From an uncultured virus (IMG/VR IMGVR_UViG_3300028678_000003) (taxonomy: Duplodnaviria; Heunggongvirae; Uroviricota; Caudoviricetes), in IMG/VR virus record IMGVR_UViG_3300028678_000003: 35,470 nucleotides of DNA, one strand, 5' to 3'. The first letter of the stretch is position 1, and each line of letters starts with the position of its first letter. The notes under the pieces are model-generated. The model was not told where the DNA came from, made no database searches, and saw nothing but the letters and a program-made list of their open reading frames with translations. Position numbers and translations under genes: made by a program. Below are positions 17,223 to 26,636 of the stretch, one piece after another.

Positions 17223-20200
17223 TTATGATATTATATATATTTTTGTTTTGTCCCAAGAAAATACCCCTTTTTGACCTCGGTATGTATCCATCTTAACTCT
17301 ACCGTTGATTACTATAACCTTGCCGTTCAGATCAGATACTTCTTCCGACATATCAGCCCATGTATCTGGCCATACCGTAACCCCTATCATAAAGTTGTTA
17401 CTTTCTAAATTTATTGAAAGCATATTCCCGTTTTTAGTTTTACGCTCGTTAACCGCTATAACCTTGCCTGCTACAGCAACTTCGCTGCCCTCCTTCGCTT
17501 TATTGAACTCATCGCCCGCAATGTACAACCCCGCTATTCTTTTGCTTGGTATGGCGTCTTTAATCATTGTTTCATAATCTACATCTCCAAACCCTGTCAA
17601 ACGCTTTTGCTCGAATACCCAAAATGTATTTTTATCGGCTTCTGGAGAATTATAGATATCAGGTAGTGGAACTCTTTTTAGATTAAAATACCAAACTAAC
17701 AATATTTTCCTTTGCAACGGCATAGTAAAATCTTCAATTAAATCAAAAGCCCCCGCCAATATTAAATTAGTTATGACTCCTTTATTCACCTTACTCGGAA
17801 CTCTACTGACAAATTCTTCCAAATCAAAGAATTTTCCCCCCTTGTTTCGTGTCTCCATTATGTTAGTAACAGCAACTTCCCCCACGCCTTTTATTTTTGT
17901 CAAACTAAAAAATATTCGTCTGTTTTTATGGTCACAAGTAAAGTTTTGATCCGAGAAGTTCACATCTGGCGGTCGTATTTCAATTTCTTCGCCAATCTTT
18001 TTTATTTCCGCTAATCTGAAAGGTATATCGACCTCACTTGCGTGTTGCAAAGAAGTTGTCCAAAATTCCAGCGGATAGTTTACTTTGAACCATTGACTCC
18101 AATATGACATTATTGAATAAGCGGCAGCGTGACTTCTATTGAAACCGTATCCAGAGAACTTGTCTAACTTTTCCCAAATTTCCCCTGCCTCAACTTCAGG
18201 GCACCCGCGAGATATAGCTCCGGCAATAAACTTTTCAGACATAGCAGCCATGGCTTTCTTGTCTTTCTTTTTCATTATGGTTCTCAATATATCGGCTTCG
18301 ACTAATGACAATCCGCCTAAAACGTGAACCGCCTTCATAATTTGTTCTTGATAAATATATAACCCAGAAGTCCCTTCTGTTACCTCTTTTAATCCAAAAT
18401 CGTAATGAGGTTTCTTTTTACCGTTTTTTATATCGGAATAATCTTGATGAGCGTTACTTTCCATTGGACCAGGACGAAATACAGCTGTCATTGCTATTAA
18501 ATGCTCCAAGTTATCTGGTTTTACGCTCCGGCAATAACTCATCAGTCCTGTGGTACCGAATTGAAATACGTCCTCGTTCCATCCTCGCTTAAACATCTTA
18601 AAAACATTTTCATCGTCAAAAGGTATTTCGTTGGTATCAACCGTAATATTATAATTCGCTTTTATGAGCTTAATTATTTTTTGAAATTTGTCTAGTTGCG
18701 TTAACCCCAATATATCTTCTTTCAAAAATCCGGACTTGTCCATGTACTTACCTTCCCATTCAGATACTAATAATCCGTCAATCATCTTAACGGGAAGCCA
18801 CTCAAATAAGTCTATATCTCTTCCATCCGAAGCTTGCTTCGGTACAATTACAACAGCCGACGGGTGAACGGACGAAGCTCGGCACTGAAATACGGCGAAC
18901 TTAATCATGTGGACCAGTTCTGGATATGTCTGGACGAACTTAAACAATCGCTTTGATTTAGAAGCATATTCTATTAGGTCTCCCCAAGATTCTTGTTGCC
19001 AATCATCAATATCTTTAGTAAGCATATTCATGTCGTCGAAATTTAGACCCTTTATTTTGCCAAAATCTTTTATGCAAGTCTTTAGTTTCATCCTTGTGTA
19101 CGTTCCAATAACACAAGTATATGAATGACCATATTTTTCTTTTATGTAATTTTTTACGCTATCTCTATATTCTGTAGGAAAATCCACATCAATATCGGGC
19201 ATACTGTCAGCGCTTTTAGCGCGCTCGCCCGACACACGAGTTTCATTCAAGAAACGTTCAAACAATAAATCATATTTAATAGGGTCTACGTCGGTAATTC
19301 TCAGTAAAAAAGCAACCAAAGAACCGCACACTGAACCACGTCCCGAGCCAACCATTATGTCGTTTTCACGGCACCAATGACAAATGTCCCAGTGAATCAT
19401 AAAATAGTCGCAAAGACCGTTTGGTACTATTACATTACATTCTGTCGCTAAGCGCTCCATATACAATTTCATTTCATCTTTGCTTAAATGCGATAGCCGA
19501 GTTTCGATGCCAACTTGCAACTGCTCAAAGAAAGAAGATTTAACATCAGATACTTCAAATAACGGCAATTTTCGTTCGCTTGTATTAATCTTCATTTCCA
19601 CTGACTCGGACAATGAAACAGAGTTTTCTACGCCAGATACTATTACTTCTACTAAATCGTCAACATCTTCCAACCATTCCGAGTAAGACTCAACCGTATC
19701 TTGAAAACTTTTGTAAAATTGAGATTCGCTTTCTGCGTCGGCTCTGCCGTCTATTTTGTTCAGAGCTGACTTTAAACCGCCATTTTCTTTATCTAAATAG
19801 TAACTATCGTTTATCAATATGGGGTCTAAATATTTTCTGTATTTACAAATATACGTGTCTATATTGGACAAATGTTTTTTAAATAATGTAGAAGACGAAT
19901 ATTCAACCGTATCTATTTGGTAAAATAAAGAATCAAAAGACTTCTTATAAATGTTTATTAGATTGAAACAATGTTTCTTATCGTCTTTAAAGTAGTTGAA
20001 TTCACTTTCTTTAGGTATTACCAAACATAACCCGTCCCCGTATGTATAAAGTAACGTATCAGGAATAAAACCGTTGTAGTCGACGTTTATAGCCTTATTA
20101 ATCAAAAGTAAATTTTTCCAGCCAGCGTAATTTAACACAAACAATTTTAATTCAAAAGTTTCTTGTATGTCCGCTTCAATATCGTATCCTCTAGACACTG

Positions 20201-20741
20201 TGACGGTTTCTCCAAGAATACATTTTATTTTGTTCTTTTCACACGCAGTTTGAAATGACAACGCTCCCGCTAATGTATTTTTATCGCATATGCCTAAAAA
20301 TTTATGTCCTAAGAATTTTGCTTTATCAGCCCAAAGTTGACACCCCCCGCTCCCGTTTAATATTTCATATTCCGAATGAACCCCCAAATGTGAGAACTCC
20401 ATGACTGTCGGTTCAGAAGTTAACCCACGAAACTTAAAATCATTAAAGCTCGGTTTGAAAATTAATTCATTGTATTTGTTTTTACCTCTTGCTAAATTAG
20501 AATAATAAAACCTTCCTCCGAACTCAAAAAGTATGTTGTCTACTTCTTTATCATCTAATAAGTCATACTCTTCATCCGACAGAATAAAGCTGAAATCATC
20601 ATCTATTATTTTCCCATCAAAAGATTTAAGGTAAAGATATTTACTCTCCCCCTCAATAGTAATAATGTCGGAACCATTATTATCTGATTCCGACACTACT
20701 AGTTTGTTTTCTTTAACCCAATTTAATAAACTTTCAGTCAT
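17223..20741 (-). CDS. dnaE: DNA polymerase III alpha subunit (C family)
   Basis: PHP domain, GSGRGS, LLFERFLN, SMPDIDVDF, KEDILGL, YQEQIM, YGFNRSHAAAY, HhH IKGVG and a C-terminal OB fold. Confidence 0.97.
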   Translation of the reverse strand: MTESLLNWVKENKLVVSESDNNGSDIITIEGESKYLYLKSFDGKIIDDDFSFILSDEEYDLLDDKEVDNILFEFGGRFYYSNLARGKNKYNELIFKPSFNDFKFRGLTSEPTVMEFSHLGVHSEYEILNGSGGCQLWADKAKFLGHKFLGICDKNTLAGALSFQTACEKNKIKCILGETVTVSRGYDIEADIQETFELKLFVLNYAGWKNLLLINKAINVDYNGFIPDTLLYTYGDGLCLVIPKESEFNYFKDDKKHCFNLINIYKKSFDSLFYQIDTVEYSSSTLFKKHLSNIDTYICKYRKYLDPILINDSYYLDKENGGLKSALNKIDGRADAESESQFYKSFQDTVESYSEWLEDVDDLVEVIVSGVENSVSLSESVEMKINTSERKLPLFEVSDVKSSFFEQLQVGIETRLSHLSKDEMKLYMERLATECNVIVPNGLCDYFMIHWDICHWCRENDIMVGSGRGSVCGSLVAFLLRITDVDPIKYDLLFERFLNETRVSGERAKSADSMPDIDVDFPTEYRDSVKNYIKEKYGHSYTCVIGTYTRMKLKTCIKDFGKIKGLNFDDMNMLTKDIDDWQQESWGDLIEYASKSKRLFKFVQTYPELVHMIKFAVFQCRASSVHPSAVVIVPKQASDGRDIDLFEWLPVKMIDGLLVSEWEGKYMDKSGFLKEDILGLTQLDKFQKIIKLIKANYNITVDTNEIPFDDENVFKMFKRGWNEDVFQFGTTGLMSYCRSVKPDNLEHLIAMTAVFRPGPMESNAHQDYSDIKNGKKKPHYDFGLKEVTEGTSGLYIYQEQIMKAVHVLGGLSLVEADILRTIMKKKDKKAMAAMSEKFIAGAISRGCPEVEAGEIWEKLDKFSGYGFNRSHAAAYSIMSYWSQWFKVNYPLEFWTTSLQHASEVDIPFRLAEIKKIGEEIEIRPPDVNFSDQNFTCDHKNRRIFFSLTKIKGVGEVAVTNIMETRNKGGKFFDLEEFVSRVPSKVNKGVITNLILAGAFDLIEDFTMPLQRKILLVWYFNLKRVPLPDIYNSPEADKNTFWVFEQKRLTGFGDVDYETMIKDAIPSKRIAGLYIAGDEFNKAKEGSEVAVAGKVIAVNERKTKNGNMLSINLESNNFMIGVTVWPDTWADMSEEVSDLNGKVIVINGRVKMDTYRGQKGVFSWDKTKIYIIS

Positions 20742-21970
20742 TATAATTTACCTAAGTATTCGTGTGTGTAATTAGTTAACCTTGATGCAAAAAAGTTCTT
20801 AGCAAGCACTACAATGTCTAGAGTATCTGAATTTCCCCCCGCTATGTAACTGAAAGACTCGATTTGTTTTATCGCCCTTATCCTTAATGAATCTTTGTCA
20901 ACCATACCGTCAGACATATTACTTTTGTATTGCAAATAAATTGCGCAAAGATTATACGCTAAATACAAATACTTAGAAAATTTCAATACTGATTGTAGCT
21001 CGGTTAATGAAGCAGTTTCGCCCGCTGCTAATTTAGTTAGATTATCTATAATCAAATTCAAATGTATGTCCACTTCCCTGAGTCGATTTCCAGGAACTTC
21101 GTGCTCAAAGTTGAAATCCATTTTTTGCGAATGAGACACTTCGTACAATTCAGGATGGGTAGATTCCTTAGCATGGTCTTCTTCAAATAACCTATCTTCA
21201 AAAGCATCTTTCATTTTTTCAGCCGTATCGTTCCATTCATAGATATGCAAACTTTGCGAATTATGAGTTTGAGTACCTAATTCAACGCCTATGCAATTTG
21301 CGAATAACTCGGTCAAAAAGCTGAATTGAAAAATGTTCGTTGGCAACCCCCAATGCAAATCATTGCTTCGATTTTGTATCGTTGTTATCAACTTGCCTTT
21401 TCTTACTTTCAACATCACCGTATCATTACAAGGAGTATCTTTTGTTTTTGCCCCTAAATCAAAATCTGGGTTCCAAATCTGTAATACAACTTGTCGACTA
21501 TCTGAATTTTCATTCAATATCTTTACCGCATCGGCAATTTGGTCATGCCCTTGGGCCACATTCATATTTTCTTCCAAAAATGTATCTTCGGCTCTTACTC
21601 CCCAATGTCTTAATCTAAAACCGTATGGCGCATGAAATGTTTTGCCGTCGTCTGAAAAATCCGACATCTTTTTATTGAATAACGCTAAGAAGTGTACATC
21701 CTTCTTACCATTAAATATCCACATTGCTTCGGCAAGTAAAAAGAAAATGTTTATATCTCTACCGAATCCACCCACGCAGCGATTATACGGGTTTGTAAGC
21801 ATCGTTTTGAAATCAAGAAGCTCTTTTGTTTTGCCAACTCGACTGTCTTGAATATCCAAATTATCTAACATCCATTTATTCAGTATCGGGTACACCGCTG
21901 AAAATTTAGTAGTTTTTGCTACCCCTAACTCGGGACTTAATACATTATCAATGTCTTTCATATTACACAA
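20741..21970 (-). CDS. thymidylate-synthase-fold enzyme, probable dUMP hydroxymethylase
   Basis: FSDDG, YGFRLR, DQI, SRQVV, KDTPCN (catalytic Cys181), RSNDLHWGLPTN, SLHIY. Confidence 0.8.
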   Translation of the reverse strand: MCNMKDIDNVLSPELGVAKTTKFSAVYPILNKWMLDNLDIQDSRVGKTKELLDFKTMLTNPYNRCVGGFGRDINIFFLLAEAMWIFNGKKDVHFLALFNKKMSDFSDDGKTFHAPYGFRLRHWGVRAEDTFLEENMNVAQGHDQIADAVKILNENSDSRQVVLQIWNPDFDLGAKTKDTPCNDTVMLKVRKGKLITTIQNRSNDLHWGLPTNIFQFSFLTELFANCIGVELGTQTHNSQSLHIYEWNDTAEKMKDAFEDRLFEEDHAKESTHPELYEVSHSQKMDFNFEHEVPGNRLREVDIHLNLIIDNLTKLAAGETASLTELQSVLKFSKYLYLAYNLCAIYLQYKSNMSDGMVDKDSLRIRAIKQIESFSYIAGGNSDTLDIVVLAKNFFASRLTNYTHEYLGKL

Positions 21971-22012
21971 TTTTATAATTTATACTTTATACTATTAGTA
22001 ACGTTGGGGCAT

Positions 22013-22039
22013 AAAAAAAGAGCGCTGTAAAGCGCTCTT
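22013..22039 (-). terminator. intrinsic terminator
   Basis: Minus strand AAGAGCGCT-TTAC-AGCGCTCTT followed by TTTTT. Confidence 0.85.
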
Positions 22040-22064
22040 CTCATTATATAAAGTCCAATTTACT

Positions 22065-23093
22065 TTATTCTTCTTCCTCAACTACAACCTTTTTTGTTTT
22101 TGATTTTGCTTCTGCTATTTTTGCTTTAGCGGCTGCAACCTTATCTACCACGGGAGCAGCTGTCTTGGCTACGGCAGGTTTTACGGTTTCTTTGGCAGAT
22201 GCTTTTGCAGCAGGCGCTTCTGACTTCGCAGACTTTTTCAAATTTTCTTCCATTTTAGTTCTGTTTTCACCTAACTTTTTGTCAAGTTTATTTACAGATG
22301 TTTCGATGCTTGGAAGCAAAGCTGTCAATATTTCCGTAAGTTCGTCAATATCCAATGCTTTGATAAAAGGAACTCCAGACCAGCAAATTTCGTGGTCGAT
22401 TCCGTTCTCGGTTAACCCGTCAACATGACCGTTGAATGTTGGTAAGTACAATGTTGCTACAAAAGTGTCATCTGCTTTTACTGAGCCATTTTCCAAAGAC
22501 AATACGGCACGGTTTGAGTTTTTGCCTTTATATTTAACAGTAACTCCAGCGTTGCTAATCCAAGCGTACAAGTAATCTTCATCAGGGAATAACGCTTTCA
22601 AGAACTCAAAATGTACGCGGTCTTCTTCTACATCTTTAGGATTCAGTTTGGTTGCTTTGGCAGTTTTTACTACTTCTTCCTTTTTTGGGATAGATTTTGC
22701 AACTTCTTTAACCGCTGCTTTTGCGACTGGTTTTGTGGCTGCTTTCGCTACTGCCTTTTTTGCCGGAATTTCTTCTTCTTCTTCTTCAACAACTACTGTT
22801 TTTTTAGCAGGTGTTTTAGAAACAGGTTTCTTCGCTGGAATTTCTTCTTCAGCAGCAAGTTCTTCTAATTCTTCTTCTGTTTCTGTTTTAGGTTCTTCTG
22901 CGGCTGGATTCTCATCCAAGTCAACAAATGATTCAGCTAAGTCAATAAGAGTTTCAAGCTCTTCATCTTCCATACCTTCGATGCCATTTTTGATAAGAAA
23001 GGCGTTCACAACTGTTTTTGCTTCTTCTTCGCTTTTTTCTTTGAATCCCAATGCAGTCAATTTCTTGCTAGTGGGTGCGGTTAATTTTGTCAT
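22065..23093 (-). CDS. Lys/Ala/Glu-rich protein with a central folded domain
   Basis: 342 aa with EEEEIPAKK and AAKA low-complexity tracts flanking an aromatic-rich core. Confidence 0.85.
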   Translation of the reverse strand: MTKLTAPTSKKLTALGFKEKSEEEAKTVVNAFLIKNGIEGMEDEELETLIDLAESFVDLDENPAAEEPKTETEEELEELAAEEEIPAKKPVSKTPAKKTVVVEEEEEEIPAKKAVAKAATKPVAKAAVKEVAKSIPKKEEVVKTAKATKLNPKDVEEDRVHFEFLKALFPDEDYLYAWISNAGVTVKYKGKNSNRAVLSLENGSVKADDTFVATLYLPTFNGHVDGLTENGIDHEICWSGVPFIKALDIDELTEILTALLPSIETSVNKLDKKLGENRTKMEENLKKSAKSEAPAAKASAKETVKPAVAKTAAPVVDKVAAAKAKIAEAKSKTKKVVVEEEE

Positions 23094-23139
23094 TTTGTTC
23101 GATTTTTTATTTGTTAAAACTATTTTGTTAAATACATTT

Positions 23140-23769
23140 TCAATCTTCGTGGCTATATGTTCTATATATTTCTCTTTCTCGGTGCAATTCAGAGCCGTAC
23201 TTAGTAAGTAAAAACTCTTTGTGCATTTCTATTATTTCGTCTGGGGTGAATGGGTCGTCGTCGTTATACATTACTCCCTTTATTGGTTCACTATTATTAT
23301 AAACTTTGGAGATAATTTTGTTGGTGCAACCTTTCAGATATAATGAGAATACAACTCTGTTCATTCCAGTCAATCCTTCCAATAAATTTATACCGTTTAA
23401 AATAAATTTGTTTTCTTCCGGAACTATGCAAGTATCAATGTCTGAACCAAAATCGTATTCTATATCGTCCATGCGAACTTTATAATTTTCACGGGCGATG
23501 TACTTCATAAAATCTTTGGATTTATTTGAACACGCGGCTTCTAAATAATACTTTAATGGTACTGGTTTTGCATAACCCTCAAGTTTGTATTTTCTCCAAC
23601 GCTTCCCGTAAGATTTAATCGAGGTGAAAATTTTAATTTTAAATTCTTGTAATAAATCTTCGTATTGATACGACAGTTCAGAGTAGGAGTAAATTTTGTT
23701 GGCATATTTTTTAGCCAAATGTTCATATCTGTCGTAGAGCACTTCAGACATTTGTTTTTTGATTTCCAT
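23140..23769 (-). CDS. sigma-70-like RNA polymerase sigma factor
   Basis: Region-2-like YEHLAKKYANKI...YEDLLQEFKIKIFTSIKSY and region-4-like LTGMNRVVFSLYLKGCTNKIISKV. Confidence 0.7.
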   Translation of the reverse strand: MEIKKQMSEVLYDRYEHLAKKYANKIYSYSELSYQYEDLLQEFKIKIFTSIKSYGKRWRKYKLEGYAKPVPLKYYLEAACSNKSKDFMKYIARENYKVRMDDIEYDFGSDIDTCIVPEENKFILNGINLLEGLTGMNRVVFSLYLKGCTNKIISKVYNNSEPIKGVMYNDDDPFTPDEIIEMHKEFLLTKYGSELHREREIYRTYSHED

Positions 23770-23803
23770 TTTAAATTTACGATTTAGTATTACAATTATG
23801 GTA

Positions 23804-23875
23804 CAAAGATAATATATTTTAGGACTAGAACCTAATGTTTTTGTATTTATTTTTAAATTTAGCCAAAGATTTAAC
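23804..23875 (-). promoter_or_regulatory. Bacteroidota-type promoter with conserved upstream block (copy 2)
   Basis: Minus strand TTAG-N20-TATCTTTG (exact TAnnTTTG), 35 nt before the sigma gene ATG; same spacing as copy 1. Confidence 0.75.
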
Positions 23876-23912
23876 TAATTTTAAAAATATAACGCGAATC
23901 GTCAACTAAACA

Positions 23913-24350
23913 TTATAATATTCGGCATATTTTGTCGCTGTCTAAAACGACTGAAGAACCCGTTTTCTTGCAGGTTAATTCGAAAGTATGATAATCGATT
24001 TGACTATGTAAAATCCAAACTGAACCTGAATAGGAAAATTCACTGCCTAACGAATAATAATTGACAAAGTCAAGCTCCGACATTCTAAATGTAGGATTCC
24101 CCATGTCATCAAATAATTCTTTATGGAATTTATCTCTCGTGAGTTTATCGTTAATAACGCTATTCAAGTTATTTCTTTCGGCAATATTATTAATCTTATC
24201 TGCTTTGAAAGCCATCACCTTTTGGTAATATTGCTTATCTTTTACATTATAATATATCTTCCTTTTAAAATCAGCAATCAAATATTCTTTTTGAACCACT
24301 TCAAAATATCCCGCTACTGATAAATTCCTCGATTTAACTTCGTCCATCAC
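23913..24350 (-). CDS. hypothetical protein
   Basis: 145 aa ORF overlapping the primase stop by 4 nt. Confidence 0.75.
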   Translation of the reverse strand: MMDEVKSRNLSVAGYFEVVQKEYLIADFKRKIYYNVKDKQYYQKVMAFKADKINNIAERNNLNSVINDKLTRDKFHKELFDDMGNPTFRMSELDFVNYYSLGSEFSYSGSVWILHSQIDYHTFELTCKKTGSSVVLDSDKICRIL

Positions 24351-25294
24351 ATTTTTACTTTTGAAATAATATTTTCACTAAACTCTCTTGGTCTGCGCAA
24401 TCTTGTGAAAACTTCTAACGCTTCCTCGTCGCTGCATTCATCTATATCTTTCTTCAACGTAAATGTTATATTTGTAAAAAAGTTTTTTTCTAGTTCAAAC
24501 CCATATTTTTTTATTTCTTTTAGCGCGTCAAAGTCATAAAGCAATATTACATTAATGATTCCTTTGCTTTTTAGTTTTTCAATTTGCCAAGGACTTATTT
24601 TTTTGCCAAATGTGCAACAACATTTAACAGTTGGACAATTATCAAGTTCTAAAACTCTGTCTACTGCCACCTTATCAAATCTTCCTTCGACTAATATAGC
24701 CGTTGCCGTAATGTCTTTTATTATTTCATCAAAGCCGTCTAATAATTTAGAAAAATCAGTTCCAGCGCTATTATTATATCTTAATCTGTCTTTTGGCACT
24801 TTTTTGTTTGCGTATCTACCGACGAACCCTCTTATTTTTAAATTGTCGTAAATGGGGAATAAAACATACCCCTTATATTTAGAAATAATATTTGCTTCTC
24901 CAAACTGGTATCTTATAAAATGTTTTTTGTTTAACCCTCGGCTAGACAAATAATCGCTTTTGTCAAAAACTTTCCATCCCGCTGGCATCTTAACAATAGG
25001 CAAATCTTCAAGAGTTATTTTTTCATCTTCTTCCACAAAACCAACTCCATTGATTGAATCTCTAAATTCTATTGTCGCTCCTTCTAATAAGTATGACTTG
25101 TTCAGGAAACGTAACAATTTATATATAGAACCTGATTCTCCGCACTTTTTACAGTCCCAGCGCTGTGTTACCTTCGATATATAAAAATGTTGGCTTTTAC
25201 CGCAAAAAGGACAGTCACAAATGTACTGTCCTCTGGTGTTTAACTTACTATTTACAAGTAACACATTTAAATCTGAATCGTCTATTTTATTCAT
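24347..25294 (-). CDS. DnaG-like DNA primase
   Basis: Zinc finger CPFC...CKKC; TOPRIM motifs VEGRFD, LYDFDA, KDIDE. Confidence 0.9.
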   Translation of the reverse strand: MNKIDDSDLNVLLVNSKLNTRGQYICDCPFCGKSQHFYISKVTQRWDCKKCGESGSIYKLLRFLNKSYLLEGATIEFRDSINGVGFVEEDEKITLEDLPIVKMPAGWKVFDKSDYLSSRGLNKKHFIRYQFGEANIISKYKGYVLFPIYDNLKIRGFVGRYANKKVPKDRLRYNNSAGTDFSKLLDGFDEIIKDITATAILVEGRFDKVAVDRVLELDNCPTVKCCCTFGKKISPWQIEKLKSKGIINVILLYDFDALKEIKKYGFELEKNFFTNITFTLKKDIDECSDEEALEVFTRLRRPREFSENIISKVKM

Positions 25295-26636
25295 CCCAAG
25301 TGGCGTTCATGGTTTTCTTTCTGTCATAAAATCTCGAGAAAGCAAAATTGTTGTATATAAATATCGGGTCTCCATTTTGATAATCCCTCAACTTGTCGGT
25401 GTGGAGTCGCATTATTTCTTCTTTCATTTCGTCACGCGTTTGATTTATTGTAACGAAAATATCAAATGGGCGAATCTTGCCCTTGTCTTCTGATAAATTA
25501 GCGCGGGTGATTACAAATGCTGGGTCGTTTCGTTGTTCTTCAGGTATGGAATTACTTTGAGTTGCCGTGTGTACAACAGCATTAAATTCCATCGCTAATT
25601 GCTTCATGCCTTTTGCTAATTTAGCTTGACGGAAACGTTCTTCGCTCGGTGAGTAATTATGCCCGTCTCCAACTTCTACCAATTCTAAATAGTCAATAAC
25701 TATTACATCAATCTTGCCGTGAGCCTTCTCCATTTCCTTCAACTCACGATGAATATCAACGAGCGTCTTTCCTCCCCAATTTTCTTCTGACGAAACAAAT
25801 ATATCAGACTTGCGTAATTTCTTAATTATCCTTTTGGAAATTTCCATGCGCTTGTCTGTAATATTCCCCATCTTTACGTCAGAATATAATGTACCAGTCC
25901 AAGCAGCATCGTACCTATTTAAGCATTGCTCCCTCGTGCCTTCAAGTTGAAAATGTGCTACTCTGTGACCATTACGCGCAGCGGCAACTCCAACGTGTAC
26001 CAGACATTGAGATTTACCAGAGCCTGAATCTCCCAACCAAAGCACACATTCACCCGTTTCCGGACCTCCAAATTGTCCGCCTAACCTATAATCAAGTTCA
26101 TCAATATTAGTCGGAACTTTAAAACGGAAATTATAATCTTCGGATTTACGCTTAGTTTGTCGTTCTTCAAAATCATTAAAAACGCTTTCAAACTTCGCAT
26201 TTTGAATACTGAACTTAGATATATCGTCAGCGTACTTTATCAATAAATCATATGAGGCATCCTTTTCTCCTCTATTATAGGCTTCAACTATCTTATCATT
26301 AGCCTCAAGGAATTTCATTTGCTTGATGTAACGCTCAAAAGTTTCGACTATTAATTCAGCTTCATTTTCGTTGGTTGGCTCAAAATCTTTTATTTCTTTT
26401 ATTTTGTCAAGAATGTCCTCGTCATCAATAAATTCTTGTTGCATTTGTCCGATAGTCGGAACCACCCCCGTTTTATCATAACGCTTGGTTATCCATTGCC
26501 ACATTCTTTTTTCTGATTCTTCTTGCAGGTAGGAAAATTTCAGATACTGCTTAGCAATATCCATTATAGTACGTTTCTGAAGTGCAACAGCCAATAACTC
26601 CACAATAAAATTCTCAGCCAGTTTGTTATTCGCCAT
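25287..26636 (-). CDS. DnaB-like replicative helicase
   Basis: GDSGSGKS, FQLEG, VIVIDYLEL, TATQSN, KLRD. Confidence 0.92.
   Translation of the reverse strand: MANNKLAENFIVELLAVALQKRTIMDIAKQYLKFSYLQEESEKRMWQWITKRYDKTGVVPTIGQMQQEFIDDEDILDKIKEIKDFEPTNENEAELIVETFERYIKQMKFLEANDKIVEAYNRGEKDASYDLLIKYADDISKFSIQNAKFESVFNDFEERQTKRKSEDYNFRFKVPTNIDELDYRLGGQFGGPETGECVLWLGDSGSGKSQCLVHVGVAAARNGHRVAHFQLEGTREQCLNRYDAAWTGTLYSDVKMGNITDKRMEISKRIIKKLRKSDIFVSSEENWGGKTLVDIHRELKEMEKAHGKIDVIVIDYLELVEVGDGHNYSPSEERFRQAKLAKGMKQLAMEFNAVVHTATQSNSIPEEQRNDPAFVITRANLSEDKGKIRPFDIFVTINQTRDEMKEEIMRLHTDKLRDYQNGDPIFIYNNFAFSRFYDRKKTMNATWDE

Noticed and set aside
17223..20741. Intein or intron in dnaE or the helicases
   Set aside because: Motifs are collinear at normal spacing; no intein splice-junction or homing endonuclease motifs seen.
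20741..21970. Ordinary thyA or T4-type dCMP hydroxymethylase
   Set aside because: Lacks the PCH and QRSxD motifs of ThyA, and has Asn rather than Asp at the base-specificity position. Not excluded without an assay.
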